In this document: positions 1-11,067 of the stretch, one piece after another
How the letters are laid out: each line of letters starts with the position of its first letter
Numbering within the stretch: position 1 is the stretch's first letter
Source: Hyaloraphidium curvatum SAG 235-1
Taxonomy: Eukaryota; Fungi; Monoblepharomycota
Length of the DNA stretch: 64,000 bases
Assembly (NCBI GenBank): GCA_025558095.1
Contig: JAIVFI010000018.1
Span: 62,001-126,000 of the forward strand
Reading direction: 5' to 3'
Notes under the pieces: generated by a model
The model's input: the letters and a program-made list of their open reading frames with translations, nothing else
Told to the model about the DNA's origin: nothing
Databases searched by the model: none
Program-made: the position numbers and the translations under genes

Positions 1-1033
1 TGCCCTCGGGGAACTTGCGCGCGAACGCCGCGCCGGCCTCCACCGCCGCCTCCAGCTGCTCCCGCCTGGTCATGGGGGCGGGATGCTGCGACAGCGGCGG
101 GAAGTCGAAGAACCGCAGCGCGTCCGGCGCCACGGTGGCGTTCAGCTGCAGCCCGGCCTGGGTCCAGCGAATCCAGGCCTGGAAAAAGTGCTCCGCCGGG
201 GAGGGCACGGTGGAGAAGAAGGCCAGGAGGCGGCGGAGTTCCCTCCCGTTCCTGAAGAGCGAGGCGCAGAAGGCGCGGGAGAGGATGACCCACGCGTCGC
301 CGTGCGGCACGGGCACCGCGGGCTCGAAAGGGTAGGGTATCACGCCGTCGTACGGGTACGGGAGGGGGGAGAACTCCATCCCGGGCTGCCAGATGGAGCC
401 GTGGGTCGCGTTTCCCGACAACGCGGGGTCGAGGGAGAGCATCTTCCACCGCAACACCGGGTCCCAGAACGAGACGAAGGAGACGTCCAGGGGTGCGCCG
501 GCGGAGGAGACCGAGGCCTCGGCGAGGGCGGCGGCGAGGTCCCCCGGGAGGAGGAGGGGGTAGCAGTTGCCCGAGAGGTTGACGAAATGCGTCCAGTCGC
601 GCGACCACAGGAGCATGTGCTCGATGGCGTCCACGGTGTTGAGCACCATGGACACGCCGCGGTAGGTGATTTGGGCGGGGGAGAGGAAGCGCACGTTGCC
701 AAACTCGGGGCCGCGCAGCAGGCGGCGGAGCTCGGCGTCGCCGCGTTTGCCGACGGCGTTGGTGTCCAAATGAATGAGGTAGAAGTCCTCCGGGCGGTGG
801 ATCGCGCGGAGCAGCCGCGGCACGAGCGGCAGCGACGCGTTGGATATCTGCAGGAAGTAGGCCACGCGCACTTGGCGGGCGCGCGCGGAGGGCGACGGCG
901 CGGCGTCCGGTGCCGGCGGAGCGTCGGGCGGCCTCTTTCGGCGCGGCTCGTGGAGCGGCCGGAGCAGGAGAAAAGCGAGCACCAAACACACGGCGACGAA
1001 GGCCCGCCGCCGACGGTACCACGGCGGGCGCAT
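1..1033 (-). CDS. Core-2/I-branching beta-1,6-GlcNAc/xylosyltransferase-like glycosyltransferase (GT14), type II membrane; 3' end runs off the window
   Basis: Own translation from ATG 1033: MRPPWYRRRRAFVAVCLVLAFLLL (signal anchor) ... VAYFLQISNASLPLVPRLLRAIHRPEDFYLIHLD ... ITYRGVSMVLNT ... WTHFVNLSGNCYPL. These match GT14 motifs. Absent from the ORF track, apparently because no stop falls inside the window. Confidence 0.85.
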   Translation of the reverse strand, partial: MRPPWYRRRRAFVAVCLVLAFLLLRPLHEPRRKRPPDAPPAPDAAPSPSARARQVRVAYFLQISNASLPLVPRLLRAIHRPEDFYLIHLDTNAVGKRGDAELRRLLRGPEFGNVRFLSPAQITYRGVSMVLNTVDAIEHMLLWSRDWTHFVNLSGNCYPLLLPGDLAAALAEASVSSAGAPLDVSFVSFWDPVLRWKMLSLDPALSGNATHGSIWQPGMEFSPLPYPYDGVIPYPFEPAVPVPHGDAWVILSRAFCASLFRNGRELRRLLAFFSTVPSPAEHFFQAWIRWTQAGLQLNATVAPDALRFFDFPPLSQHPAPMTRREQLEAAVEAGAAFARKFPEG

Positions 1034-1250
1034 TCCGCCGCCCCGCGGACGCCGGGAGCGCCCGCACAAGATCGTGCCCCGCGGCGGGCCCGGACACGGG
1101 GGAGCGGTGTGTGCGGAGTTTTCGTAGGTGGGGCCGGTCGGCCGGCGCGCACAAGTCAACTAACCCCTCCCCTCTTCCCCGAATTCAATGTATATGGCGT
1201 GACGTGATGTATCGGGGTTGGGGGGCGCTCAGCGCCTGTGATAGAGATCT

Positions 1251-1435
1251 GACGTGATGCGCCTTTGCCCGCGCCTCCCCATTTCCGATCCCGCCCTGGC
1301 CAAAAGCTCCAAGGCGCCGACGATCCATCCGCATCCCTCGTCACGTGGTGCGCCTTTGCCCGCGCCTCCCCATTTCCGATCCCGCCCCGGCCAAAAGCTC
1401 CAAGACGCCGACGATCCATCCGCACCCCTTGTCAC
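1251..1435. repeat. Two-copy tandem repeat, period 91 bp
   Basis: gcctttgcccgcgcctccccatttccgatcccgccc..ggccaaaagctccaag.cgccgacgatccatccgca occurs at 1261 and 1352 with few mismatches. Confidence 0.95.
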
Positions 1436-1504
1436 CTACCCCCACACCCACGACCTTCCCCTTTGTTCGACCCTCTCCGTCCGCCAGCTTGTGCCCTCCG
1501 GCGA

Positions 1505-2358
1505 TCACGCCCCGAACCCCTCCCACTCCCACACCCCTCCCTCCCCCTCGCCCCAATCGTCGTCCGAGTCCTCCTCCGAGGAGCTGCACGCGCCCAGGCT
1601 CCGCCGCACGCGGGCCGCGACGGCTTTGGCGGTCCTGGGCTGCCTGCGGGGCGGGGCGGCGGCCTCCGAGGACGCCGGCGCCCGCCCCGTCCCTCGCGAA
1701 GCGGTGCCGAGCGCCGTCCGGACCTCGGCAAACTCGAACGCCGCGTCCCTCCAACCCCTCGGTCCCACGCCCTCCCTCGCCGCTTCGGAGCTGCTCCACA
1801 CGAACCCCCTTTCCCTCTCCCTCTGCCCGCGGTGCTCCGAGGGATGGTGGAACCCGGAAGAGATGGGTGAGAATGCGTGGCGCAGGGCGTCCCAGGGAGT
1901 CGTCTGCTGCGCGGGGCGCGCAGGGCGGTCCGAGGTCGGGGAGGTGGCTTCTCGCGCGGGGTCGGGAGAGTGGGGGGAGCGGCGGTGCGCGCGGGGCGCG
2001 GAGCGGGCGTCCGAGGGGTGCGGTGCCGGGGGTGCGTCGCGGGAGGGGGCGGGAGCGTCGTCTGTGCGCAACCGAAACGCCATGGGGGGGCACGTCATCG
2101 GTCGCGCCCCATCCCGACGGCCTCGTCCAACCCACCGAGCAGCACCAAAAGCGCCTGATACGCCTCCAAAACCTCCTGAAACGTCGCTTTGCCCCCTCCC
2201 CCCTTCCTGTCCTCCCGCTCCCGGGGGACCCGGTCGGGGTGCAGCTCCCGCGCCAGCCGGAGGTACGCCGCCCTGGCGTCGGCGCGGGTGGCGGTCAGGG
2301 GGAGGCCGAGGGTGGAGAGGCAGGAGGTGAGGGTGGAGCGGGTGGTGGGCTGGTCCAT
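1505..2358 (-). CDS. DnaJ (J-domain) protein with low-complexity C-terminal region, 2 exons
   Basis: LGLPLTATRADARAAYLRLARELHPDR...ATFQEVLEAYQAL is a J-domain with the HPD motif. Intron 2135-2062 (GTGGGT...CACAG) joins in frame to DDAPAPSRD...; stop at 1505. Confidence 0.75.
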
Positions 2359-3209
2359 TTCGGAGCGGGGATGGGGGTTGGGGCAAAGGAGCGTGAGGCG
2401 GAGGAGGCCCCGATGCGCCGCCCGTGTGCCCTCCCCCTCCGCGCTCACTGATCAATCCTTCATAACCCGTGTCCACCATGCACTTCTTCATTCCCGCCAC
2501 TGGCTCCTCTTCGCTACATACAGCACGCCTAGCGCCCCCCTTGTGGCAATAGCCGCCCGCAACCGCCCGGCCTCGAAGCTCCCCCTCCTGCGGCACGGGG
2601 CACCCCCAACGCCCGCGGCGCGCTTCACGACGCGTCCCGCCCAGCGCATCGTGCCGGCCCCAATCGGCTGCCTCCCATCCCAACACCGCGACGGCCGGCC
2701 GGGTTCAGGGTCTCCCGTGTCGTCATCGCTGCCGTTGCGCTGCGCGGGCGGTGGCAACCTGGCCGGCGGCCACCCCCCCCAATTCCCTCCAATCCAATCG
2801 CGGCCCTCCTTCCCGACCAACACCGAAGGGTCCTTCCCCCGGCCCTATTCCGCCGGTAGGGCCGATGAGCAAGAGGCGGGCCGAGCGGCAAGTCGGCAGA
2901 TCCTACCGAACAGGAGTGGGATCGCAGGGACAACACCAGCGGCGCATACCGCGGCGCGCCGGCCATCCCGACCGCTGCGGAGGTTCCTCCTGAGCGTGTC
3001 TCCAAGGAGATCGGGGATGTGCCGTGCGTTCCGGCGTGTTGGGTCCGTCCGATACAGGATCCTTCTTCGGACGGGGCGCAGCACGCGCGGGCACTGCATC
3101 GGCCGTGAGCCAAACCGTCCCTCACCGAGAGCCCGAGAGCGGCAGTCCCTTCGGTCCCTAGCAGGACTCTTCTACCGCCTATCGTCGTGCGCCGGGTGCC
3201 GCTGCCGCG

Positions 3210-4821
3210 ATGGCGATCCCCGTGCTGCTCCTCCTCGCGCTTGTCGCCTCCCCCGCCGTCGCCGGCCGCCCCTCCTGGCGGGCCGACGTCTCCCTCGCCG
3301 CCCTCGGCGGGCCGCGCCCCGTGCCCGGCTCGTCCGCGCTGTGGCGGCAGTGCTCGTCCGTCTCGCTCGCCAACCGCGCCGCCATCGCCGGCCGCTGGGC
3401 GGGCACGCTGCGGCTCGAGGGCGGCAGCCTGGCCTCGTCGTCGGGCGCCGCGCAGCTGGTCCGCCTGCACGGGACCAAGGACACCTACGAAGTCGAGCCC
3501 GCGGAGGGCCGCAACGCATCGGTCGACGCAAACGCCTCGCTCGACCTCCTGAGCTTCTGCGTGGACTACAGGAACGGGTGGGCCGCCAAGCCCGACATCT
3601 CCATCGAGCCCATCGAGGAAGGCTACGTCGAGGTCGCGCCCGACGGGGACGCTGCCTCCGCCGTGGGCGTGCAGGCGCCCTACAAGAAGCTCGTGCGCAG
3701 GCAGGACATGTTCGTCCAGGACTGGTGCGCCAACCCCCCTTGCCCTCCCTTCCCCGCTCACCCGCTCGCCGCGCCCCAGGTCCTCGGGAAGCTGCCGCTG
3801 CCTCAACGCCCTCGCCGCCGCCCTCCCCTCGCCCACCACCTCCCGCGCCGGCCCTACCTCCACCCCCCCGCCGCCGCCCCCGCCTCCGAGCGGCGGCGGC
3901 GGCACCCCCGCCTCCGAAGCCGCCGTCCTCGACTCGGTCTCGGCGCAGGCCGCATTCTCCGCCGATCGCACCGCCGAGCTCGGCGACAGGGACACGGCGC
4001 TCCTCTCGGGCCGCACCGAGCTCGGCGCCGGCGCGGTGGTCTGCTTCGTCCTCCGCACGGAAAAGGCCGAGACGTGGTACGGCACCGCCGTCGCCTCGGA
4101 AAAGGGCGCCTTCTCCTTCCTCACGGGCGCGCTGCCCGAGGGGGACAGCGAGGTGGTCGTGGTCACGGAGAAGGGCAAGTCGGAGGGGTACAAACTCTCG
4201 GTCAAGGCGGCGCCGGATCCGAGGAAGAGGCTGCCCGCGCTGGTCTCGGTCTCGGGGCGGCAGGTGGAGGGGGCAAAGGAGGGCGTCGTCGTCCCTCCCG
4301 GCGCCGTGCTCGTCGGCACCGGCCCGCTCGGAAGCAAGGTCGAGGTGCAGGTGGACGGCAAACCCGTTGGCGTGGTCTCCCTGGACCGCGACGGCGGGTT
4401 CGTGTTCGACGACCCCGAGGCGTTCGCGCGGGAGGGCGAGTACAAGGTCACCCTCATCGCCGACACGGGCGAGTCGGAGGGGTACCGCGTGGTGGTCAAG
4501 GAGGCCGAGCTCGAGAAGGCGATCCCGCCGTACCTGCTCTCCGTCTCGGGGTACGCGGCGGTGGCGGGGGTCAGCCCCGTGTCGGAGGACAAGGTCGAGG
4601 TCGAGGGGGTCGCCGAGTCGCGCGGCGGCAGCGCCGGCAGGGTGGTCGTGTACCGCGTGCCCGCGCCCGGCAAGGCGCCCGAGGAGTGGGGTGCAGCCGC
4701 GACGGAGGAGAAGACGGGGAGGTTCAGGCTGGCGGTGGACACGTCGGGGGAGGCGGTGGGGTACCTGTTCAGGGGCGAAGGGGGGACAGGGGCGCACCAC
4801 TTTGTCAGGAGGGCGGAGTAG
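3210..4821 (+). CDS. Secreted protein with Pro/Thr linker and three C-terminal bacterial Ig-like repeats
   Basis: Signal peptide MAIPVLLLLALVASPAVA. Intron 3725-3779 (GTGCGC...CCCAG) links to the frame of ORF 4036..4821. Repeats such as GTGPLGSKVEVQVDGKPVGVVSLDRDGGFVF...EGEYKVTLIADTGES. Confidence 0.7.
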
Positions 4822-5160
4822 CCTGGGGACGGGGGACTACAGCCGTTGGACGGCCATGTATGTATGCACCGCTATCGCATTGCCTTGTCTGTTTTCGCGG
4901 ATGCCTTCGCTCCCTGCCCTTCGGGAGATAGTCCGCGACGGCCGTTCACGACACCGCGCGAGCGTCCGCATCCCCGTCCGACGGCCCCGAGAACCCACGT
5001 GGATGCCGCAGTGGGCTGAAGGCGATGATCAGCTGCCGGCCATCGGCGGCAAAGTGAGCCGGGCCCCGTCACGACGGTGTATGGAAGCGCGGAACATTCC
5101 CGGATCGCATGGCTGACGCGCTCCTTCCCCGCGACTTCCAAATCCCCTTGCCCGCCCACG

Positions 5161-6252
5161 ATGCCCTCCACGCCGAGCCTCTTCGACCGCCTCACGGCGG
5201 TTACCCGCACGTCCCCCCGCGCGGCCCCCTCGGCCGAGTCGGTCTACCGCGCCAAGGTCGACCCGGAATGGGTCTCGGTGTTCGGCGCGGTGCCGGGCGC
5301 GGTGCTGCTCTCGCTCATTGTCCGCGCTTTGATGGACCACTTCAACGGCGCCGGGGCGGACGAGGGAATTGGAGCGAAGATCAGGCCGGCGGATATGGGT
5401 GTCGAGTACCTGTCGAGCCCGCCGAGGGGCGCGGAGCTGGAGATTACGATCCGCCCGACAAAGGTGGGCCGTTACGGACCTGCATTCCTGGAATGGACCG
5501 CCGATTGCCAATGGTTTCAGATTGGCGGCGCCCTTTCCTTCGCCCGCGTCGAGGTGCGCTCCGCAGCCCCACCTCACGCCTTGCACACCACGGCCACCGC
5601 GCTCCTCGCCGCCCTCCCCGCAATCCCGCGCCCGGGGGAGCTCCTCGGCCTCCCGCACGCCGCGTCGGTCGCGGAACTCGCGCTGCCGGACCACCCGGGT
5701 CCTCCGACCGGCGAGCGTCACACGGCCATCAGGGTGATGGAGCGGGCCGCGGTGGTGCCGGGCGGCCACGGGTACTTCCGCCACTTCGAGTGCCTCGAGC
5801 CCGCCGGCGGCAACCGGGGCATCCATGAAACCTCCCATCCCCTGTTGGGCGACGACCCCAAGTTCGTCCGCTTCGCCGGGTTCGAAGGGCCCCTCACCTG
5901 GCCCATGCTCGCCTTTTTCGCGGACCACATCTTCTCCACCGAGGAGTGGATACAGGTCGGCGCGCCGCAGCTCAAGCCGGGATCGCCCGTCGCGCGGTTC
6001 TCGTCCACGGCGACGCTCAGGGTGACCTTCTTCCGGCTGCCCGATCCCTCCGAGGGGCCGTGGATCAGGCAGCAGCAGACGATCACCGTGCGGAGCGGAA
6101 AGCTTAGCGAGTTTCAGACCGTGTGGGTGTTTCCGGCCGCGAGCTGGGGTGGCACGGAGCTGACCCGCTCCGGCAGCGTGTGGCCAAAGAGCGGCGGGAT
6201 CCCGTTGCTGATCGGAAGGCAGCTGCTCTACTGGGTCGACAAGAAGCTGTGA
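5161..6252 (+). CDS. Acyl-CoA thioesterase-like protein (double hotdog fold)
   Basis: FDRLTAV...YRAKVDPEWVSVFGAVPGAVLLSLIVRA, EYLSSP, IRPTK|IGGALSFARVEV, LAFFAD, ATLRVTF, GKLSEFQTVW. Probable in-frame intron 5464-5520. Confidence 0.75.
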   Translation: MPSTPSLFDRLTAVTRTSPRAAPSAESVYRAKVDPEWVSVFGAVPGAVLLSLIVRALMDHFNGAGADEGIGAKIRPADMGVEYLSSPPRGAELEITIRPTKVGRYGPAFLEWTADCQWFQIGGALSFARVEVRSAAPPHALHTTATALLAALPAIPRPGELLGLPHAASVAELALPDHPGPPTGERHTAIRVMERAAVVPGGHGYFRHFECLEPAGGNRGIHETSHPLLGDDPKFVRFAGFEGPLTWPMLAFFADHIFSTEEWIQVGAPQLKPGSPVARFSSTATLRVTFFRLPDPSEGPWIRQQQTITVRSGKLSEFQTVWVFPAASWGGTELTRSGSVWPKSGGIPLLIGRQLLYWVDKKL

Positions 6253-6352
6253 TCCGGCTCCGCTCCATGAGTTGGTTAGCAAGACCTCGGAGAGGACTGT
6301 AGTGTGGGTAGTAAGCCGACGGTTATCGTCCACGGTCACCTTCTCGATAAAG

Positions 6353-6449
6353 AGGGCCCCCTGCGCGCCCCTAAAAGCAGGCGGCTCCTAAACGTCCATA
6401 AGCGTTCCTAAAATGTCCTAAGCGGATTTAGGGGCGCGCAGGGGGCCCT
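6353..6449. mobile_element. MITE (non-autonomous DNA transposon), 97 bp
   Basis: Perfect 23-bp TIR AGGGCCCCCTGCGCGCCCCTAAA at 6353-6375 with its reverse complement at 6427-6449. Flanking direct repeat ATAAAG at 6347-6352 and 6450-6455. Internal CCTAA repeats. Confidence 0.9.
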
Positions 6450-6519
6450 ATAAAGCATGCTTCCAATGGTCAATACATAAGATACTCCGACATCCGCGTC
6501 GCCTTTTCTCCGCAAAGCC

Positions 6520-9231
6520 TCACTTGGCCATGCCGTTGTCCTCCTTGATGATATCCGCAGCCTGGGAAAGGAAGGTCAGCCAACGCGCGCGACCCGCGCC
6601 AGAGAACCCCGCCGACCTTCTCCGCGACGGCGTACACAGGTGCGTTGGTGTTTCCCATTACGATGTCCGGGAAGCAGCTCGCGTCGACGACCCGGAGGTG
6701 CTTGATCCCGCGGACCTTCAGGCTGAGGTCCAGCACGGCGTTCTTGTCGCCGTCGGGGCCCATTCTGCAGGTAGACACTGTGCGCGGGGATGATCAGACG
6801 AAGCCATTGCCGAGCAGACGAGATGCAGACGTACCAGGGTGGTACACGGTGATGGCCTTGCGCCGCACGAGCTCGCGGAGGTACTCGTCGCTCTCCGGGG
6901 GCGCCTGCACGAACGAGCGCGCGGTGAGCCGGATCGATCCCGCCGCCGCCGCCGACCGCGGACCCACCTTGATCTCCTCGTCCAGAATCTCGTGCAGTGT
7001 CAGCGACTTGAGCGGCTCCGAGGCAGCCACCTTGCGCGTCATCTTGAGGCCGCGGACCAGGGCTTCCTCGTCGTCGGGGTGGGCGAGGTAGTTGGGCTCG
7101 ATGAGGGGGTACTCGAAGGGGTCGGAGGATTTGAGGGAGAGGTGGCCGGCACTCTTGGGGTTCAGCATCACCGGCGTGAGGGTGTAAGCGTACGGGTATT
7201 TGCCCTTGGGGTCGAGGGGTTCGACTGTCGGGCGGGGTGACGATTAGCAGGCTGACAATCCCGCAGAAGGCAAGAAGCGCGCACTGTTGCCCGTGGCCTT
7301 GATGTCGGCAAACACATTTTTCGGCCCCCTGCGCCGAGGGTCCGTTAAGCAAGGCAGCAGCATCGCATGCGGTCCAGACCCACGAGTAGTACGTCGGCAT
7401 CCCGTAGAACTGCAGATCCGGCTTGCTCTTCTTCGTGTCCAGCCCGGAGTCGGCGTGCGCGATGATTTGGTGCTGCGGACCGGGATCAGGATGGGCGCCG
7501 ACAGCTCCCCGAGCGAGCTCACCGGAATGTACGCCAGGAAGCCCTTCTGGCTCCACAGGTTGCTATACACGGTCGAGAGCAGGTAGCTGTAGTCGAGCTC
7601 GTACATGGAGAACGGCCCTGGAGTCTGACGCGTGAGAAGAGAACCTGACGTCCGCGACCCCGGATTGAGCCCACCCTTATTCGTGGCGAAGCAGTGGTAA
7701 ACGAACAAGTGGTCTTTGAGGTTGCGGCCGACGGCGGGGATGTCGACGAGCGGCTTGATGCCGACCTTCTGCAGATCTTTCGCCGGACCGATACCCTGAC
7801 GAGCGGCAACAATCGTCAGATGCAGTTCGCGCTTCCCGGCGAAATCGTTGGCAGCCCACCGAAAGCATCAGCAGCCAGGGGCTGTTGATTGCGCCGCCCG
7901 AGAGGATGACCTCCTTCTTCGCCTTCACGACCTGGTCCGGCGCGTTCTTCATCTCGGCCGTCGTGTAGCCCTGGCGGAGCTGCACGCCCGTCGCGGTCTT
8001 GGTGGCCTCGTCGACGAGGATCTTGGTCGCGTGGGAGTTCTGAAGCGAGTGATCAGTGGGTTTCAGAACCGGAGAAAAGGGCGAATCGCGCAAGGACGCA
8101 CGGTGGCGATCGTCAGGTTCTTGCGGTTTATGGCACCTGAGGTGGTCGGGCACAATGAGTCCCCGGGTTCCAGCTCCACTGCCGCCAGCCAAGCACGTAC
8201 CCGTCTTCTGGAGGAACGCCCGGTACGCGTCGTCCCTGATCCCCTTGTCCACCGTGTGCTGCACCGGCGCCACACCCCGAAGCTCTCCTCCGTTGTAGTC
8301 CTCCGTGGCCTTTTCGATCCCGGCGTTGAGGAAAGACTTGTAGATGATGCCGTTCCAGGGGTGGAGGTTCTTCTCGACCTGCTCGGGCGTGAAGTAGGTG
8401 ACGGAGAGCGGGCCCGAGGTGCCGTGATTCGGGAGGGTGACGGGCTTCCCGTCGTCGTCCTGGAGCCTCTCGCTCTTCATGAAGTATGGCAAGAGCGACT
8501 TGTAATCCCAACCCTTGCAGCCCCACTTGGTGGCCCATTCCTGGCAAGAAACGCCCTCAGCGACTTCCCCGAGATGGAATTCGTCGTTGGAGCCTCACAT
8601 CGTAGTCCTGGGGGGCACACCTGACATACATCGCAGCGTTGATCGAAGAGCTGCCGCCGAGACCCTTTCCCCGGGGCTGGGAGTCTCCATGTGAGCGCCA
8701 AGACCTCCATGCCCTGCAGCAGCACACACCCAGAAGTGAACGCGGTCCGCAGTCGTCTTCTGCGGCGTGGTCCGGAACGACCAGTCGAACACGCTGTTCT
8801 GGAGGTTCGCGACACGCCTGCGGGTCCGCGGGGTGAGACACGCCGTTCCTCCAGGGCTGAAACCGGCCCCCACATCATCCTGTGAATGTCGAACGTGTCA
8901 TTGCTCTGTCCCGCTTCGAGCAGCAGGACGGAAACGTTGGGGTCCTGACGGGCGGCCAAAGTCAGTTCGGAGCCGCATTCCGCCCCGCGGCGCCGCTCAC
9001 CTCCGAAAGACGCGACGCCAGAACGCATCCCGCCGAGCCGGCTCCGACAATGACAACTGGAACGGGGAGGACTCACTCAGGATCCGTGGCGTCGACAACG
9101 AGACGCGTCCACCGACAGTCATATTCCTGCCCGTCCACCTTCTTCAGCCCGGAGCCCCAGAGCCCGAACGCGGCAAGCGCAGTGCCGGCACCTCCGGTGC
9201 CGAAGAACAGGGCGCGCAATCGGCCGGCCAT
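6520..9231 (-). CDS. GMC oxidoreductase (choline/alcohol dehydrogenase-like, AA3), many introns
   Basis: Spliced EYDFVIVGAGSAGCVLASRLSE, VLLLEAG, PRGKGLGGSSSINAAMYVR, KEVILSGGAINSPWLLMLS, TVYHP, LRVVDASCFP, GNTNAPVYAVAEK|AADIIK. Confidence 0.93.
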
Positions 9232-9690
9232 TGCTGCGCGCGAGTTCTCGCCCAGTGAGTCAAAAGGGTCGTTGCCCGGGTCAACAACCAATGTCCGACT
9301 CGGCACCGCCTCACCGACTCACTCGTCACCCGCTAACTCGAAGTGCACCCGGCCATCGAAAAGCAGGTAGCAGCGGTGTCATCATCCTTTACCTTCGGCT
9401 CCGTTCGAACGTTTCAACTGGATACGGCTACAGCGTTGCTCGCGGCCTCACCCTGGAAGCTAGAAGACGAAGAAGAAGCCTGCCCTGCGACCTACACATC
9501 CCAGCGCGGGACTCATCCATCATGAGCACCCTTCGGATGCTACACGCATAGGGCCGGGCCGCCGCGAGCCCTCGAATCCAGGCACCGCGGCAAGCCCTTG
9601 CCCCCCAAAGTCCGCGGTTTCCGAAGACGCGACCGGCACTCCGTGTTTCCCTCCAGCTGCCTTTTCCTTGTGCGCGCCCGCACCAGAACA

Positions 9691-10059
9691 ATGCTCCACC
9701 CCGTCTCCTCCGTCCTCGTCGGCCTCGTGGGCCTCGAGCACGCATATATCTTGTACTTGGAGATGTTCGCGTGGACGCGTCCCCGCACCCTCAAGATCTT
9801 CGGCACGAGTCCGGACCTCGCCGCGCGTACCGGTTCCATGGCCGCCAACCAGGGCCTGTACAACGGATTCCTGGCCGCGGGGCTCTTCTGGAGCATTCTG
9901 CACCCCAACAAGGACTTTGGCCGGCAGCTGGCGTGGTTCTTCTGCGGGTGCGTGGGGGTCGCGGCGGTCTACGGGGCGGCGACGGTCAAAGCGAGTATTC
10001 TGAGGCTGCAGGGAGGACCGGCGGCGCTGGCGATGGTCTCGCTGCTGCTGCTGAAGTGA
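9691..10059 (+). CDS. DUF1304 family small membrane protein
   Basis: LVGLEHAYILYLEMFAW...MAANQGLYNGFLAAGL...QGGPA signature; intronless. Confidence 0.88.
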   Translation: MLHPVSSVLVGLVGLEHAYILYLEMFAWTRPRTLKIFGTSPDLAARTGSMAANQGLYNGFLAAGLFWSILHPNKDFGRQLAWFFCGCVGVAAVYGAATVKASILRLQGGPAALAMVSLLLLK

Positions 10060-10212
10060 GAGCCAGTCGGACAGCGCTGGCATTGCGTCTCGCGGTTTAC
10101 GTGAGGGAGCAACGGACGATCTGGTGGAATGGTATGGATAAGCCGACAGGCAGTATTCGACTTTGTATCTTGTTCCGGGGACAGAGAATCGTGAAACACG
10201 GCTTCGCGTCGG

Positions 10213-10929
10213 CTATCGCCTCCGCGCCCGAAACAGCCAGAGATCCTCCCCGCCCTTGAAGTCCTCGTGCTGATCTTCCTCCTTGACGTGGGAAAACGGG
10301 AACTCCTGCCCGAGGAGGTGGAAGAATCGCGCCTCGACCTCGAGATCCCTCCTCTCGTAGGCCAGGAACACGGCAGTCCTCCGTCCCGCGGTCCCGGCCC
10401 CGGCCGGCGTTGATACCGCAACGAGTGTCTCCATCAGCGGCTCGAACAAGTCCGGCCAATGAACAACGTCGCTAAGGAGCACCACGTCGTAAGGCGGCTC
10501 CAAACCGCCGGCCCGCAGGGCGTCCAGGTGGTCCTTTCCCCACGGCAGCTCAGCAACCTTCACGTTCTCCCCCGCCCGCGTGGCGTTCGCCTTCGCCAGG
10601 TCCACGAACTTGTCTGTCAGCGCGACTTCGGCCCCCGGCCAGAGCCTCTTTGCCACCAGGCCCACCAACCCCGTCCCGCACCCGAGCTCGATCACTTTCT
10701 TCCCGTCTAGCGATTCGGACGCGTTGCCGTCCCGGCAGAGGCGCTCCAAGTACTTGGACAGCACGAGCGCGGAATCCCAGACGGTGGTACCGATCCCGCC
10801 TTCGCCCGAGGCTCGTTGGAGGACCGAGAGGGGAGCCAGGGAGGTGTCATCGAACTCGTATGTATACGGATAGTAGTCCGGGTCGTTGTCGAGCGAAGGC
10901 GAGGCAGCAGAGGACGCGTCGGCGGCCAT
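10213..10929 (-). CDS. METTL21-like protein-lysine methyltransferase (Methyltransf_16)
   Basis: GIGTTVWDSALVLSKYL, VIELGCGTGLVGL, VALTD, LPWG, YDVVLLSDVV, LAYERR. Confidence 0.92.
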   Translation of the reverse strand: MAADASSAASPSLDNDPDYYPYTYEFDDTSLAPLSVLQRASGEGGIGTTVWDSALVLSKYLERLCRDGNASESLDGKKVIELGCGTGLVGLVAKRLWPGAEVALTDKFVDLAKANATRAGENVKVAELPWGKDHLDALRAGGLEPPYDVVLLSDVVHWPDLFEPLMETLVAVSTPAGAGTAGRRTAVFLAYERRDLEVEARFFHLLGQEFPFSHVKEEDQHEDFKGGEDLWLFRARRR

Positions 10930-11067
10930 CGTTGAGTTGGCGTAAACAAAGCGACGCCGCGGACGGTCAGCGTGCCGAACATTTTACGCGTTGGGCTCCG
11001 CACTCGACAGTGGACCGCATCGCTGGCCCTCCGGCCTCCTACATCGCGTGCAATCTCGTTCTTAGTA

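Noticed and set aside
1251-1435. Tandem repeats (also 22943-23181 and 61880-61951) as CRISPR arrays
   Set aside because: Only two adjacent copies each, no unique spacers, no cas genes, and a eukaryotic context.
2189-5116. 975-aa + strand ORF, and similar long Arg/Pro/Ala-rich ORFs (83..1207, 21152..23266, 28294..30147, 32040..34448, 37203..38651)
   Set aside because: Off-frame or antisense shadows of real genes in high-GC DNA; no domain motifs, and recognisable proteins lie in other frames.
6460-6522. Cryptic PTS1 on the GMC oxidoreductase (ends ...MAK*) through readthrough or extra splicing
   Set aside because: The stop context is TGA GGC rather than TGA CTA, and the candidate downstream acceptors do not yield an AKL/SKL ending.
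9240-9690. tRNA or other ncRNA in intergenic gaps (also 34290-34940, 50730-51030, 58760-59050)
   Set aside because: No cloverleaf, T-loop consensus in a proper stem context, or snoRNA box arrangement could be identified by eye.
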